64,000 nucleotides of DNA from an uncultured bacterium (GTDB lineage Bacteria; Patescibacteriota; Saccharimonadia; UBA4664). The notes under the pieces are model-generated. The model did no database searches, was not told the DNA's origin, and worked only from the letters and a program-made list of their open reading frames with translations. The position numbers and the translations under genes were made by a program. Shown in pieces: positions 45,648 to 54,946 of the stretch. Position 1 is the first letter of the stretch; each line of letters begins with the position of its first letter. Location of the stretch: assembly GCA_963720265.1 (NCBI GenBank), contig CAVRET010000001.1, positions 197,916 to 261,915 of the forward strand, in the 5' to 3' direction.

Positions 45648-45790
45648 GCTCTCATATATAGCATAAGTGGAATACATATGGAAGCCGCACGTTCACTGCT
45701 GTGATAGTGCCAGGCCGCTTGGCGGCACGCCGGTAAAGCCCAGTGAGATGGATATTGACTGGGCGCATATGTATAAATGAGGCGCTTCAC

Positions 45791-46612
45791 CTAGCCGGTG
45801 AATGAGATGTAGCCGCATCCCCCTATCACTAGTGCGCAGCCGATCCATACGAACGCCCAGAGGCCATTCCTGGCAGTGTCGCCCAGGAATACAATGCCGA
45901 CCAGGATCGGCACGATTGTCTCGGATGACGTCATGACGCCGTTTACAATCGTGGCCAGCGTGCGCTGCAGGGCGGCGGTGAAGAGGTACATACCAATCGC
46001 GCCGTCAGCGATGATGACCCAGATTAGAGGGTTTGCAAACACGTTCCAGAACGGATCGGGATAGACCAACACCCGGCCGATAATGGAAACGAACCCAAAA
46101 GCGGCTCCGCTGAGGACCGCGAGCAATATGAAGCCGAGCCGGCTTTTCAATCTGACAGCAATCGCTCCGGCCGCCACGAAGAAGACCGGTGTTGCGAACA
46201 GGCAACGCATTAGCAGCGGGCTGGCAACTGCCGTGCTTTCGCTGTGTGCGGCCACGGCAATACAGGCCAGGCCGATTACTACTACCAGTGCCGCGATGTA
46301 GGTCGCTCGGCTCAGCTTGCGTTTGAAAAACCATTGCTCGAAGAATGCGGTCATGACCACGCAGCTGGCAATAATGGCCTGCACCAAAAAGAGCGGAAGT
46401 TTATTTACGGCGATTAAGGTAAGAATACCGGCCAGCAGATCTAGTGCAAGGCCGGCGACATACGGGATTTGGCGCAATAGGTGGGTGACGGTCTTGAGGC
46501 TGTATGTTCTGATCGCCTCGGCTTCGTCTGAGCTAGCTTTTTGTAACAGCGCGGCCGTGGCATTGCAAAGCGCGCAAGCAAGGGCTGCTGCGACGGCTAA
46601 CTCTGTGCTCAT
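45791..46612 (-). CDS. DMT-superfamily membrane protein
   Basis: About 9 TMs, PLFLVQA motif. Confidence 0.75.
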   Translation of the reverse strand: MSTELAVAAALACALCNATAALLQKASSDEAEAIRTYSLKTVTHLLRQIPYVAGLALDLLAGILTLIAVNKLPLFLVQAIIASCVVMTAFFEQWFFKRKLSRATYIAALVVVIGLACIAVAAHSESTAVASPLLMRCLFATPVFFVAAGAIAVRLKSRLGFILLAVLSGAAFGFVSIIGRVLVYPDPFWNVFANPLIWVIIADGAIGMYLFTAALQRTLATIVNGVMTSSETIVPILVGIVFLGDTARNGLWAFVWIGCALVIGGCGYISFTG

Positions 46613-46690
46613 TCCCCTACTTTAGCAAATACGGAGTGATTTTATATTGTCGGTTGGTTTCGCAATATGGCAGTTCTACAACTTAAGCTT

Positions 46691-47056
46691 TCAACTACAG
46701 AGCTGTATAATCTGCCGTGCGGCCATCTCGGGCGTGAAGCTGGATTTTATCCAGGTATCGACGGCGCCCAGTTTCGCGGCCCGGAGTTTATTCTCTGTAG
46801 ATAGCATGTTTGAAAAAATAATGACTCGCGTCTTGATATGCGTTTGCCCGAGCTTGGCCATGAACTCCCAACCATCCATGACCGGCATCATCAGGTCAAG
46901 TAGTATGGCATCTGGCTTAAATTCTCGTACTAGCGCTAGTGCATCGGCGCCGTTAGGCGCATGCTTCACTTCCATACCTTCGAGCTCGAATTTCAGTACA
47001 TACACCTCTGCAAGGATCGCGTCGTCTTCCACTACTAATACTTTCAGTGAGCTCAT
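46691..47056 (-). CDS. single-domain response regulator
   Basis: VLVVEDD, LLDLMMPVMDG, K in WIKS. Confidence 0.92.
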   Translation of the reverse strand: MSSLKVLVVEDDAILAEVYVLKFELEGMEVKHAPNGADALALVREFKPDAILLDLMMPVMDGWEFMAKLGQTHIKTRVIIFSNMLSTENKLRAAKLGAVDTWIKSSFTPEMAARQIIQLCS

Positions 47057-48426
47057 TGCGTATGCCCTGTTGGTAAGACAACCGAAAAAACCGTGCCACC
47101 ACCCTTTTTGGACGTGACTGATATGGAGCCGTGATGGAGCTCGATTACACTGCGGGTGAGATAGAGACCAAGGCCCGTTCCCTCGATGCCTTTTGCAATT
47201 GTTGCCCGTGCTCGCCCGTAGCGGTCGAATATGCCGGGTAAGTCGACGTCGTCAATCCCTTCACCGTCGTCGGTCACTTCGATCGTGAGTTCGCCGGATC
47301 CGTTCCGGCCGGGGGTTTTCTTCACCCTCAGCGTAACCTCGCCACGAGGAGCTCCATATTTAAATGCATTGTCGATTAGATTACTGATTGCCATGTGGAG
47401 TTTCATGGGATCGGCTACGATCCAGGTGGGTTTGGAGGGGGCGTCAACTTTGAACGTCTGGCCCGCAGTCGGATGGTGCTCGGATATCACGGCGTTAATG
47501 ATGTCCACGACGTTTATCCGCGTGGGCGAAATCGTCATCCGACCGGAGCTGGCGCGGGCGGCTTCGAGCAATTCCTCGACAATTCGCAGTTGACGTTGAC
47601 TACTCTCCTCAGCCCGTGCCACCAACTTTTTTTGCTGGCCGTTAAGAGTGCCAACGTCTTCGGCTGCGAGCATGGACAATATGGCTTTTATCCCGGCCGC
47701 CGGAGTGCGCAGCTGGTGGGAGGCCAGGGAGACAAATTGTTCTTTGGTTGATTCAAGCTCATGTTCGGCCTTGATAGCAGATAGGAACAGCCAGTATACC
47801 AGCCCACCGAGCATGAGCATGACTACCAGTGTGACGGCGCTGATCCAGGTAGCATACGCGCCGAACCTGGTAGCTGTAGCGCGGTTCGTCTTGAGCTCAC
47901 TGGCTAACTGAGCGTTGGCTTTATCGATGATTGCGCGCAAGCTGCTCATGTACTGTTCGCCGCGGTTCGTCTCAACAATAGCTGAGGCGGCAGGAAGACC
48001 CTGGCTCGCGTATGCTTGAATGGTTTGGTTAAGCTCGTTGAGTTTGTTTTTTGTTAACGGCACGATTGGTTTTAACTCACCGTCGTTGGGTAAGTTCTTA
48101 CCGGCGGCGATTAATGCGGTTGCCTCTCCTGGGAGGGTCTTGACCGCACGATTATACGGAAGCAAATACGAAGGGTCGCCGGTCAGGAGGTACCCTCTCT
48201 GGCCGGTCTCGGCATTTAGAAGCTGTGAGTAGTAAGCGTTTAACGCTTGTTGCTGGGAAGTTATGCCGATTGATACACGCCGATAGGCAAGTACCTGATG
48301 GATACAGAAAATAATGACAACGGTCGCCATTGTGGCAACAGCCATCATAGCGGCTAGTGCGATAAAACTCTTGCGATCTGTATATTTACGCAGATCTCTG
48401 AACGCTAAACCAAATGCAGTCTGCAA
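47053..48426 (-). CDS. CHASE3 sensor histidine kinase
   Basis: NAETGQRGYLLTGD..YL.PY, SHQLRTP, NLIDNAFKY, GTGLGL. Confidence 0.93.
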   Translation of the reverse strand: MQTAFGLAFRDLRKYTDRKSFIALAAMMAVATMATVVIIFCIHQVLAYRRVSIGITSQQQALNAYYSQLLNAETGQRGYLLTGDPSYLLPYNRAVKTLPGEATALIAAGKNLPNDGELKPIVPLTKNKLNELNQTIQAYASQGLPAASAIVETNRGEQYMSSLRAIIDKANAQLASELKTNRATATRFGAYATWISAVTLVVMLMLGGLVYWLFLSAIKAEHELESTKEQFVSLASHQLRTPAAGIKAILSMLAAEDVGTLNGQQKKLVARAEESSQRQLRIVEELLEAARASSGRMTISPTRINVVDIINAVISEHHPTAGQTFKVDAPSKPTWIVADPMKLHMAISNLIDNAFKYGAPRGEVTLRVKKTPGRNGSGELTIEVTDDGEGIDDVDLPGIFDRYGRARATIAKGIEGTGLGLYLTRSVIELHHGSISVTSKKGGGTVFSVVLPTGHTQ

Positions 48427-48752
48427 CGTTGCCCTCCACCGGTGCGGTACTGGTTTTTATACTATACCAGCATGTACGCTGGTTAGCTCAAGTGTGGGTC
48501 AGTTTTGATAAGCGAAGGCTGAGCCGTGACACACGTGCTATTGGAGGCGGGCCGACCAGCGAATCGCGCGGGATTTCTTGGGCGCGTGGGTTGCCGGCCG
48601 GGTTCGTATTTGTCCGTTCAACCATCATGTCTTCTTGACCCTCGTCGGCCGTAATCCGAAATGAATAGTCTTGGTTAAAATCTGAACAACCAACGGTTTT
48701 TGCGGGCATGCGTCGCCACTTTCGCGTATGAGTTTACTATTGAGCAACTAGC

Positions 48753-48902
48753 TTACGGCCGTGCGCGCCGTCCTGTGATGAGGTTGTAAATAAACACGAT
48801 TATTGCTACCACCAGTAGTAAGTTAATCAGTGCACCGCCAATGTGGCCGATAAGCCCAACTAGCCACAATATGAGCAATATTACAATAATTGTATAAAGC
48901 AT
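48753..48902 (-). CDS. lmo0937-family small membrane protein (49 aa)
   Basis: MLYTIIVILLILWLVG...IGGALINLLLVVAII; SD AGGAG. Confidence 0.85.
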   Translation of the reverse strand: MLYTIIVILLILWLVGLIGHIGGALINLLLVVAIIVFIYNLITGRRARP

Positions 48903-49215
48903 ATGTCTCCTTGAGTTGTTCTCGTTTATGTGATCAGGCAAGCTAAATCCTAGCAGAGACACGGCGGACGTCGCGTTGTTGGAATTCCCATGAAACTCGT
49001 AAAGGCCTAGCATAATCTACCTTTCAAGCGGTTTCGTAAGCGTTATTAACCCCGGCAGCAAGGGAAAATATCGAACATGTCGGAGTTCACTAAAGAGGGC
49101 GACAAAATTGCACCAACATAACTTGGCTAGACGAATATGATAATGACGCAATTCGTCGTATTCTGGACAAGGGATAAGACGCTCAAGAAACCACGTTATT
49201 AGGAAGGTCAAAGCC

Positions 49216-50217
49216 ATGCTCGAAGCGCTGAAGGGCAAGCATGATACGCGGCTCATGTGGACAGAAGCCGCACGAGCCTTCGTTTGCATGCTGCCCATGC
49301 TGGTCGCTAGTGGGCTAGGCAAGACGTCGGTTTTGGTGACGTTGGGACAAGGGGCATTTTTTTATAGCACTATCTTTTTGCCAAAAAAGATCGGCGCACG
49401 AATCATGTTGGGTTCGCTCGTTGTTGCATTGGGTCTTGGTTTTTATTTGATCGGCGGCGCGGTTGCGCCAAACCCGTGGGAAGCAGTGACATTTACTTTT
49501 TTCGTCAGCTTCAACCTGAGCTTCTTGAGCGGATGGAAGGTTGGCGGTCCGTTGGCGCTGACGCTCGTGATGATTTATACGGCCGGACTCAACGCCGGAT
49601 CGCCTGAAAAGGCGGCTACGAATTTTGCATTGTTTGCCGGTGTCCTAACGTGGTGTGCCCTTATCTCGCTACTGCCCTTTTGGACGCCCATAGAGCCGCC
49701 GCCGGTCGATGACAAGCAGGGCAACGGACAACTCGCGGAGCAGGGTTTTCGGATGGGTATTGGTACGGCCATCGCGCTGGGGGTTTCTTACGCGGGTGGG
49801 TTCGGCAAAATTGGGTGGGCGCCAAGCGCTGTCGGCAACGTAGTGCGCTACGATGCGCAGTTGTCGCGCAAACGTGCGTGGGCACGCTTTTACGGCACGA
49901 TTGGCGGTGCGGTCCTGGCGGCGGCAGCACTGGCATTAATTACCAGTGCTACGGTCGTCGTATGGATTGGGGCTTTTTTTGCAGTCCTTAATGGCCTGTT
50001 CAAAAAGACGAAGCTTGGCATGATGCCATTGTTTTACACGGCAACTATCCTGTTGCTCTATAGCGCGAACGATTTGTCGAGCGGGCGCGCCAATATCGTG
50101 ACGCGCGTAGTTTTCAATTTGATTGGGATTACGATTGGCATACTCGTAGTGATCTATCCATTCCCAAGAATCTTGAGAATGATTAATCCGAAAAGTCTGC
50201 CTGAACGCACAGATTAA
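49216..50217 (+). CDS. FUSC-like membrane protein
   Basis: Multi-TM; RAWARFYGTIGG, RVVFNLIG. Confidence 0.75.
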   Translation: MLEALKGKHDTRLMWTEAARAFVCMLPMLVASGLGKTSVLVTLGQGAFFYSTIFLPKKIGARIMLGSLVVALGLGFYLIGGAVAPNPWEAVTFTFFVSFNLSFLSGWKVGGPLALTLVMIYTAGLNAGSPEKAATNFALFAGVLTWCALISLLPFWTPIEPPPVDDKQGNGQLAEQGFRMGIGTAIALGVSYAGGFGKIGWAPSAVGNVVRYDAQLSRKRAWARFYGTIGGAVLAAAALALITSATVVVWIGAFFAVLNGLFKKTKLGMMPLFYTATILLLYSANDLSSGRANIVTRVVFNLIGITIGILVVIYPFPRILRMINPKSLPERTD

Positions 50218-50292
50218 TGATGCGTTCAGACTTAGTTTGGGTAAGTATTGTCATCCAACTTAGAGATTCCACCGGGAAGTCCCCAGGTTGTT

Positions 50293-50735
50293 TTAGAGGC
50301 TTTCAGCGGCCCTCAAGATGACGTCCGCTACTTCTTTGGGCTTAGAAACCATAATCGCATGTGATCCCTCAAGCTCAGTGATCTCGATATCTCCCTGTTG
50401 TGCAGCCGCACGAATGGCATCAGCTCCAGCGGCTACGTCCTTGGTCGCGACAATTGCCCACGTCGGTACATTCTTCCAGGCGGCAGGACCACATACATCT
50501 GAAAACGCCAAGTCGGCGATGGGGCGCTGTGTGACGGCCATCAACTTCACCTGTTGTTCCGGCAAATCAGATGCAAATACCGCCTGCACTTTATTGGCTG
50601 TTATAACAAATTCAACGCCGGGTTCTTCACCTTGGCCCTTAGGGTATGTCGTTTGGACGAGATTCGGACCTAAGATGCTGTCCTTAGACTTGCCACCGAC
50701 GTCATTCAGAGTTTGACCTTCATTTAAGACAAACG
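50293..50735 (-). pseudogene. 5'-truncated alpha/beta hydrolase
   Basis: Frame open from FVLNEGQTL through QRPIA, AAWK.VPTW and GSHAIMVSKP; the nucleophile region and start are missing. Confidence 0.7.
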
Positions 50736-50988
50736 TGTTAAGTATAGGCAGCTTCCTGGTGTGGTATGGCGAATTCTGTGGACCGGCGACGCTGGGTTCC
50801 CAGAGGCAACCGCGCCCAATAAAGAGCAGTAAATAGGAAGCGGTTTACGGGTAAGTTCTCGGTGTCTTATCTCCTCTGTTCTTCTCTTTCTCTACCGTGA
50901 ATTTCACCCGCGCATCAGGATTTAGCCGACAAAACAATCTCCTCCGTTTATAGAGGGGATTATTTTAGCCTCTAACTTCTTGATTTTC

Positions 50989-51573
50989 TTATGAATGAAT
51001 CTGCTCGACAGGGATGAAACAGTACGGGGTTGGACTGTTTAGGTAGAAATGGACGTCATTCTGAGCAGCTTCCGGTTCTAAGTATCCTCCCCAGTGATTA
51101 TTGTAGAAGTCATATCCGTATGAGCCACCACTTGTGCAGTTGGACTGCCGGAAATTAGTTCCCCAGCCAGCATCTCCGCTGGTCGGACACTCGTCTAGAC
51201 TGGTATCGGCGTAGCTAGAGCTGTTATAGGCATCGCCTACGCAGTCGCCACCCCACGAAGTGCCGCCCAAGAACTCGATCTCGACGTTACTACCGCTGCC
51301 TGTTGCATAGACATTGAACTGACTGTCGGGCTGTGAATAGGCGTCACTTTCCGTCATTACCCATGGCCCGCCATTCCAGGCGTTAAGGCATGTTTGGGGA
51401 GAGATACTAGTAACACAATAGTCGTAACAGTAATTATCGCAGTTTGCTGCGTGCGCGGGAGCGGCTCCAAAAACCAGTGGAGCTCCTATCGTCAGGAGAA
51501 TCGCACCGGCGATTGGTGCGAGCCTGTCCCTCATTTTGTGCAATACGTTGCGAAACATATCTTTACCTCCCAC
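50989..51573 (-). CDS. secreted Cys-rich protein, possibly beta-trefoil/lectin-like
   Basis: Signal peptide ending APAHA; CLNAWNGGPW, CVGDAYN, CPT..GWGTNF. Confidence 0.7.
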   Translation of the reverse strand: MGGKDMFRNVLHKMRDRLAPIAGAILLTIGAPLVFGAAPAHAANCDNYCYDYCVTSISPQTCLNAWNGGPWVMTESDAYSQPDSQFNVYATGSGSNVEIEFLGGTSWGGDCVGDAYNSSSYADTSLDECPTSGDAGWGTNFRQSNCTSGGSYGYDFYNNHWGGYLEPEAAQNDVHFYLNSPTPYCFIPVEQIHS

Positions 51574-51714
51574 CTTATTACTAGCATCATAATAGAAAGT
51601 TCAAATAGTTTTCAAGTAAAGATCAGCCGTTTACCAAGCTAAAAATCGGACGTGCTTACAGCCAATAAGGCAGGTGTTGGCCCCACCTGATTGGCTGTAG
51701 AGGATTTTATTTAC

Positions 51715-52245
51715 TTAATTCTTCTCACTCGGATCGTAAATGCCGAAACAGTCCGGAGCGCCGGTTAGGGAGAAATTGTCACCGTTTGTACTTCCACTTG
51801 GTGCGAGATATTCTCCCGTGTGGTTATCTTTGAACTCGAGTGCTCCTTCATCACTACAGTTAATTGCCTTGAAGTTGGTTCCCCAGCCTCCACTGTTGCT
51901 ATTGGTAGGGCAAGGATCGAGACTGGTAGCGTAATTGCCTTGCTCGTTATATGCATCACCGACACACTCGCCACTCCACGACCCGCCGCCGACAAACTCA
52001 ATGTAGGTGTTACCATTACTCAAGGTGTGAATACCGAACTCGTCGTTGGGTACTTCCCCCATAGAAGTTTCGAGATTCGTCCATGGCCCACCACCCCAGG
52101 CATTAAGGCAGCCGACACTATTACAGATCTGCGCGCTGCTGTAATCCGCCAATGCAGGACTCGCTCCAAAAACTATTGATGTACCCGCTGGCAGAACAAT
52201 AGCAGTAGCGATTACTGCAATTTTAGTTCCTATTCTACGAAACAT
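51715..52245 (-). CDS. secreted Cys-rich protein, tandem paralog of 50989..51573
   Basis: Signal peptide ending SPALA; the same CLNAW.GGPW, CVGDAYN, TSLD.CPT and GWGTNF blocks. Confidence 0.7.
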   Translation of the reverse strand: MFRRIGTKIAVIATAIVLPAGTSIVFGASPALADYSSAQICNSVGCLNAWGGGPWTNLETSMGEVPNDEFGIHTLSNGNTYIEFVGGGSWSGECVGDAYNEQGNYATSLDPCPTNSNSGGWGTNFKAINCSDEGALEFKDNHTGEYLAPSGSTNGDNFSLTGAPDCFGIYDPSEKN

Positions 52246-52246
52246 A

Positions 52247-52831
52247 GTACAAGGAATTAGCCTCTGGGATTCGGATGACTTTCTTTCACATAATGCGCTT
52301 CGTGCGCCCGGTGCTGTATCCGTGGAGCTTCTTAACGGTCGACCGAAGAAGGTTCAGTATTTTAGTGACGCCTACTCAAGGCTTCATAAGGGAATTATTG
52401 CGCACGCACAGTCCATCGATGCGACAAACGTTCATACACTATCAGATATGGATTTTGTTTTTATCTGCGTGGACGAGGGCAGGATTAAGAGACTTATTTT
52501 TGATACGCTATTGACTGCTAAGGTGCCGTTTGTTGATGTTGGCATGGGCGTACATCTGGTTGACGGGGCGTTGACGGGCAGTATTAGAACGACTCTGGCA
52601 TCGAGTGCAAAATTTGATCACTTGACAGATAGGATATCTCTATCGGATGAGGCAGTAGAGAACGAGTATTCGGCGAACATCCAGATAGCTGAGCTTAATG
52701 CTCTCAACGCCGCTATTGCCGTTATTAAATGGAAGAAATATTTTGGCTACTATCACGATCATGAGCGTGAGCATAACTCTATTTATGATATTAACGTAAA
52801 CAAGGTGATCAATGACGACATTGCGACCTAG
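52247..52831 (+). pseudogene. 5'-truncated ThiF/E1-like adenylyltransferase
   Basis: Frame reads VQGISLWDSDDFLSHNALRAPGA...DFVFICVD...FVDVGMG...NIQIAELNALNA; the GxGxxG loop and N-terminal domain are missing. Confidence 0.75.
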
Positions 52832-53153
52832 GCTTGTGGGGACGGCTCCTGATGCGCTCCAGGAAGGTATTTTGTATATCTCGAATGAATACGCCACCGC
52901 GCTTCATCTTTGCTGTTGCGGCTGCGGAAACGAGGTGGTCACGCCATTGTCCGCAAGCGGCTGGAAGCTGACTTACGACGGTAAGCTGGCATCACTTTAC
53001 CCGTCCATTGGTAACTGGAGTTTTCCTTGCCGGTCCCATTATTGGATTAGAAATAACGAGGTGATTTGGATACCAGAATGGGCAGAGCCCCGGCGTGGGC
53101 GGGGTTGGCATACGGTAGCCTCCAAGTGGCTCAGGAGCTTATTCCGTCGTTAG
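52812..53153 (+). CDS. DUF6527-family protein
   Basis: [24 protein letters not shown]...[18 protein letters not shown]. Confidence 0.85.
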   Translation: MTTLRPRLVGTAPDALQEGILYISNEYATALHLCCCGCGNEVVTPLSASGWKLTYDGKLASLYPSIGNWSFPCRSHYWIRNNEVIWIPEWAEPRRGRGWHTVASKWLRSLFRR

Positions 53154-53421
53154 GCAATGCTTATCATTGACGCGGGTCTATGGCTCGCAGTTGCTTCTCT
53201 GCGATCACGGAACCCGGTCACAAAGAATTCTGCTGAGCCCTTGGCGGCTCGGGCGGTCTCCGGCCATTATCTGAATACTTTTCAAGATATAGATTACTGC
53301 AGTAAAGACCGGTTACGGAACCCGGTCTTTACTCACCATGATTGCTTTGGCTGGGGCGGTATCCCTCAGGTGGAACCAGATCTATCCAAGTTTACTTGAA
53401 CTGCACAAAAAGCTAGAAGAG

Positions 53422-54168
53422 CTAGGCCTTAGGCTTGAGTGAATCTAGTTCGCTTTCTATCCTCTCGCCAAAGTCCATAATTTTTGAGATGTACGGTTCG
53501 TACTGGCTCCCATCGTATAATTTATGCTTCTTAATTGTCAGTAGGTCTTTGAGCATAGGTGACTCTTCCTGATCTGCTTTTTCCGGTAGCAGATTGTAGT
53601 CTAGATCAAAGTAGTCACTTCTTAGGAGCTGTCGGTTATATATGAGTAGCAAGCATGCCTTAACAATACCTTTGCGATCACGTACTTTTCGCTCTGGCGG
53701 GTCAGTGGGTATGTTGCCTAGTCGGGTACGAATTTCGTGGATGTTTAGCCTCATTCTCTCATCTAGACTCGCGTCCTTGACCGAGAATTCAGTGCGCTCA
53801 AATAGCTGTCCACATATGTATATCCAAGAAAGGAAGGATGGCAAGATGGATTGCGGGGACATTGCGTTTGCGAGGCGAGATCGTATGGGTCCACCGTTCA
53901 GCTCGTCCAAATAGATAATTTGAAAGCCCCATTCTCGCTGCGGTGCCTTTTCGGTCAGCTCATCCTTAAACTTTTCATTGTTAGCTATATCAAAGGAGTC
54001 ATCGACAATACAGATAACATCAATGTCGCTTGTCTCTGGGTCGAAATCACTCCGAGTAATCGAGCCCCAGATGTATAGAGCGAGTATTCCATCTGATTTG
54101 TGCAAGTTGTAAAGGTCAAGCAAGCGCTGTTTTGCGTCGTCAATTGTCTGTGTTTGTAGTTCTGTCAT
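53422..54168 (-). CDS. nucleotidyltransferase-domain protein
   Basis: LYIWGSITRSDF...SDIDVICIV (Pol beta-like GS...DxD). Confidence 0.8.
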   Translation of the reverse strand: MTELQTQTIDDAKQRLLDLYNLHKSDGILALYIWGSITRSDFDPETSDIDVICIVDDSFDIANNEKFKDELTEKAPQREWGFQIIYLDELNGGPIRSRLANAMSPQSILPSFLSWIYICGQLFERTEFSVKDASLDERMRLNIHEIRTRLGNIPTDPPERKVRDRKGIVKACLLLIYNRQLLRSDYFDLDYNLLPEKADQEESPMLKDLLTIKKHKLYDGSQYEPYISKIMDFGERIESELDSLKPKA

Positions 54169-54310
54169 AAAACTATTTTACCAGGCTGGTCAGCAGCCAG
54201 CTAGGAATCGAACCCCACGCAACAGATAAGGAGCTTCAGTGGAAGTATGAAACACGATGTACATAATAAATTCTGGAAATATCCTATCTGGAAATCTGTT
54301 CCAGATACAC

Positions 54311-54335
54311 TGGCTGGGGCGGCAGGGTTCGAACC
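54311..54335 (-). repeat. isolated tRNA 3'-end fragment (tRNA-Gln-like), att-like scar
   Basis: Minus strand GGTTCGAACCCTGCCGCCCCAGCCA (T-loop, acceptor strand, CCA). A 12-bp copy lies at 53348-53359 and a degenerate copy at 54867-54892. Confidence 0.75.
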
Positions 54336-54345
54336 AGATGCCGCA

Positions 54346-54374
54346 TTGACGTCATGACGGCATGAAGGTAAAAT
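54346..54374 (+). promoter_or_regulatory. sigma70 promoter of the TA operon with palindromic operator candidates
   Basis: TTGACG, 17 nt, TAAAAT, 6 nt, ATG; overlapping TGACGTCA and GTCATGAC palindromes. Confidence 0.7.
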
Positions 54375-54380
54375 GGCAAT

Positions 54381-54611
54381 ATGACTACAAAAGCTACACT
54401 CTACTTAGATTCTGATATGTATAAAACGCTCAAGTTGCGTGCAGTTGAGACCGGACAGTCTATATCTGCCTTAATGAACGAGGCCTTACAGGCGCAGCTG
54501 GGTGAGGATTTAGAGGATATTGAAGCCATTCGCTCACGATTGGCTAAGAATGAAATCCCTCTTACATACGAGTCTGCCTTGCTAGAGCTGAAAAGCAATG
54601 GCTCAATATAG
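54381..54611 (+). CDS. ribbon-helix-helix (CopG-like) antitoxin
   Basis: KATLYLD..MYKTLKLRA......ISALMNEAL; acidic C-terminus; overlaps the toxin gene. Confidence 0.85.
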   Translation: MTTKATLYLDSDMYKTLKLRAVETGQSISALMNEALQAQLGEDLEDIEAIRSRLAKNEIPLTYESALLELKSNGSI

Positions 54612-54858
54612 CGTCGAGATCTTGCCGAGTGTTGTTCGAAAAGACCTAGTGAGACTACCAAAAAGCGATGTCCAGAAAATAATGGGTCGCATAAAGGAAC
54701 TCGGCGATAACCCAAGGCCAGCCTGGTCAAAGAAGCTGTCAGGGCGAGAAGAATATAGGGCAAGGCAGGGAAACTACCGGATACTTTATGTTATTGAAGA
54801 TGCGGTTAGGGTTGTTCAAGTAACCAAAGTCGGTCATCGCAGAGAAGTCTATCAATAG
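54598..54858 (+). CDS. relE: RelE/ParE-family toxin
   Basis: NPRP...KKL.G...YRARQGNYRILY.I, VGHRREVY. Confidence 0.9.
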   Translation: MAQYSVEILPSVVRKDLVRLPKSDVQKIMGRIKELGDNPRPAWSKKLSGREEYRARQGNYRILYVIEDAVRVVQVTKVGHRREVYQ

Positions 54859-54946
54859 TCAGTCTTTGGCTGAGCAGGCCGGTCTAGAACCTCGCTACCA
54901 TTATTTTACGCTCGAAATGAGACATGAGAACATGATGATCCGGTAG

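Noticed and set aside
54311-54335. Intact tRNA gene
   Set aside because: Only the T-loop and 3' acceptor strand are present; there is no D-arm or anticodon arm.
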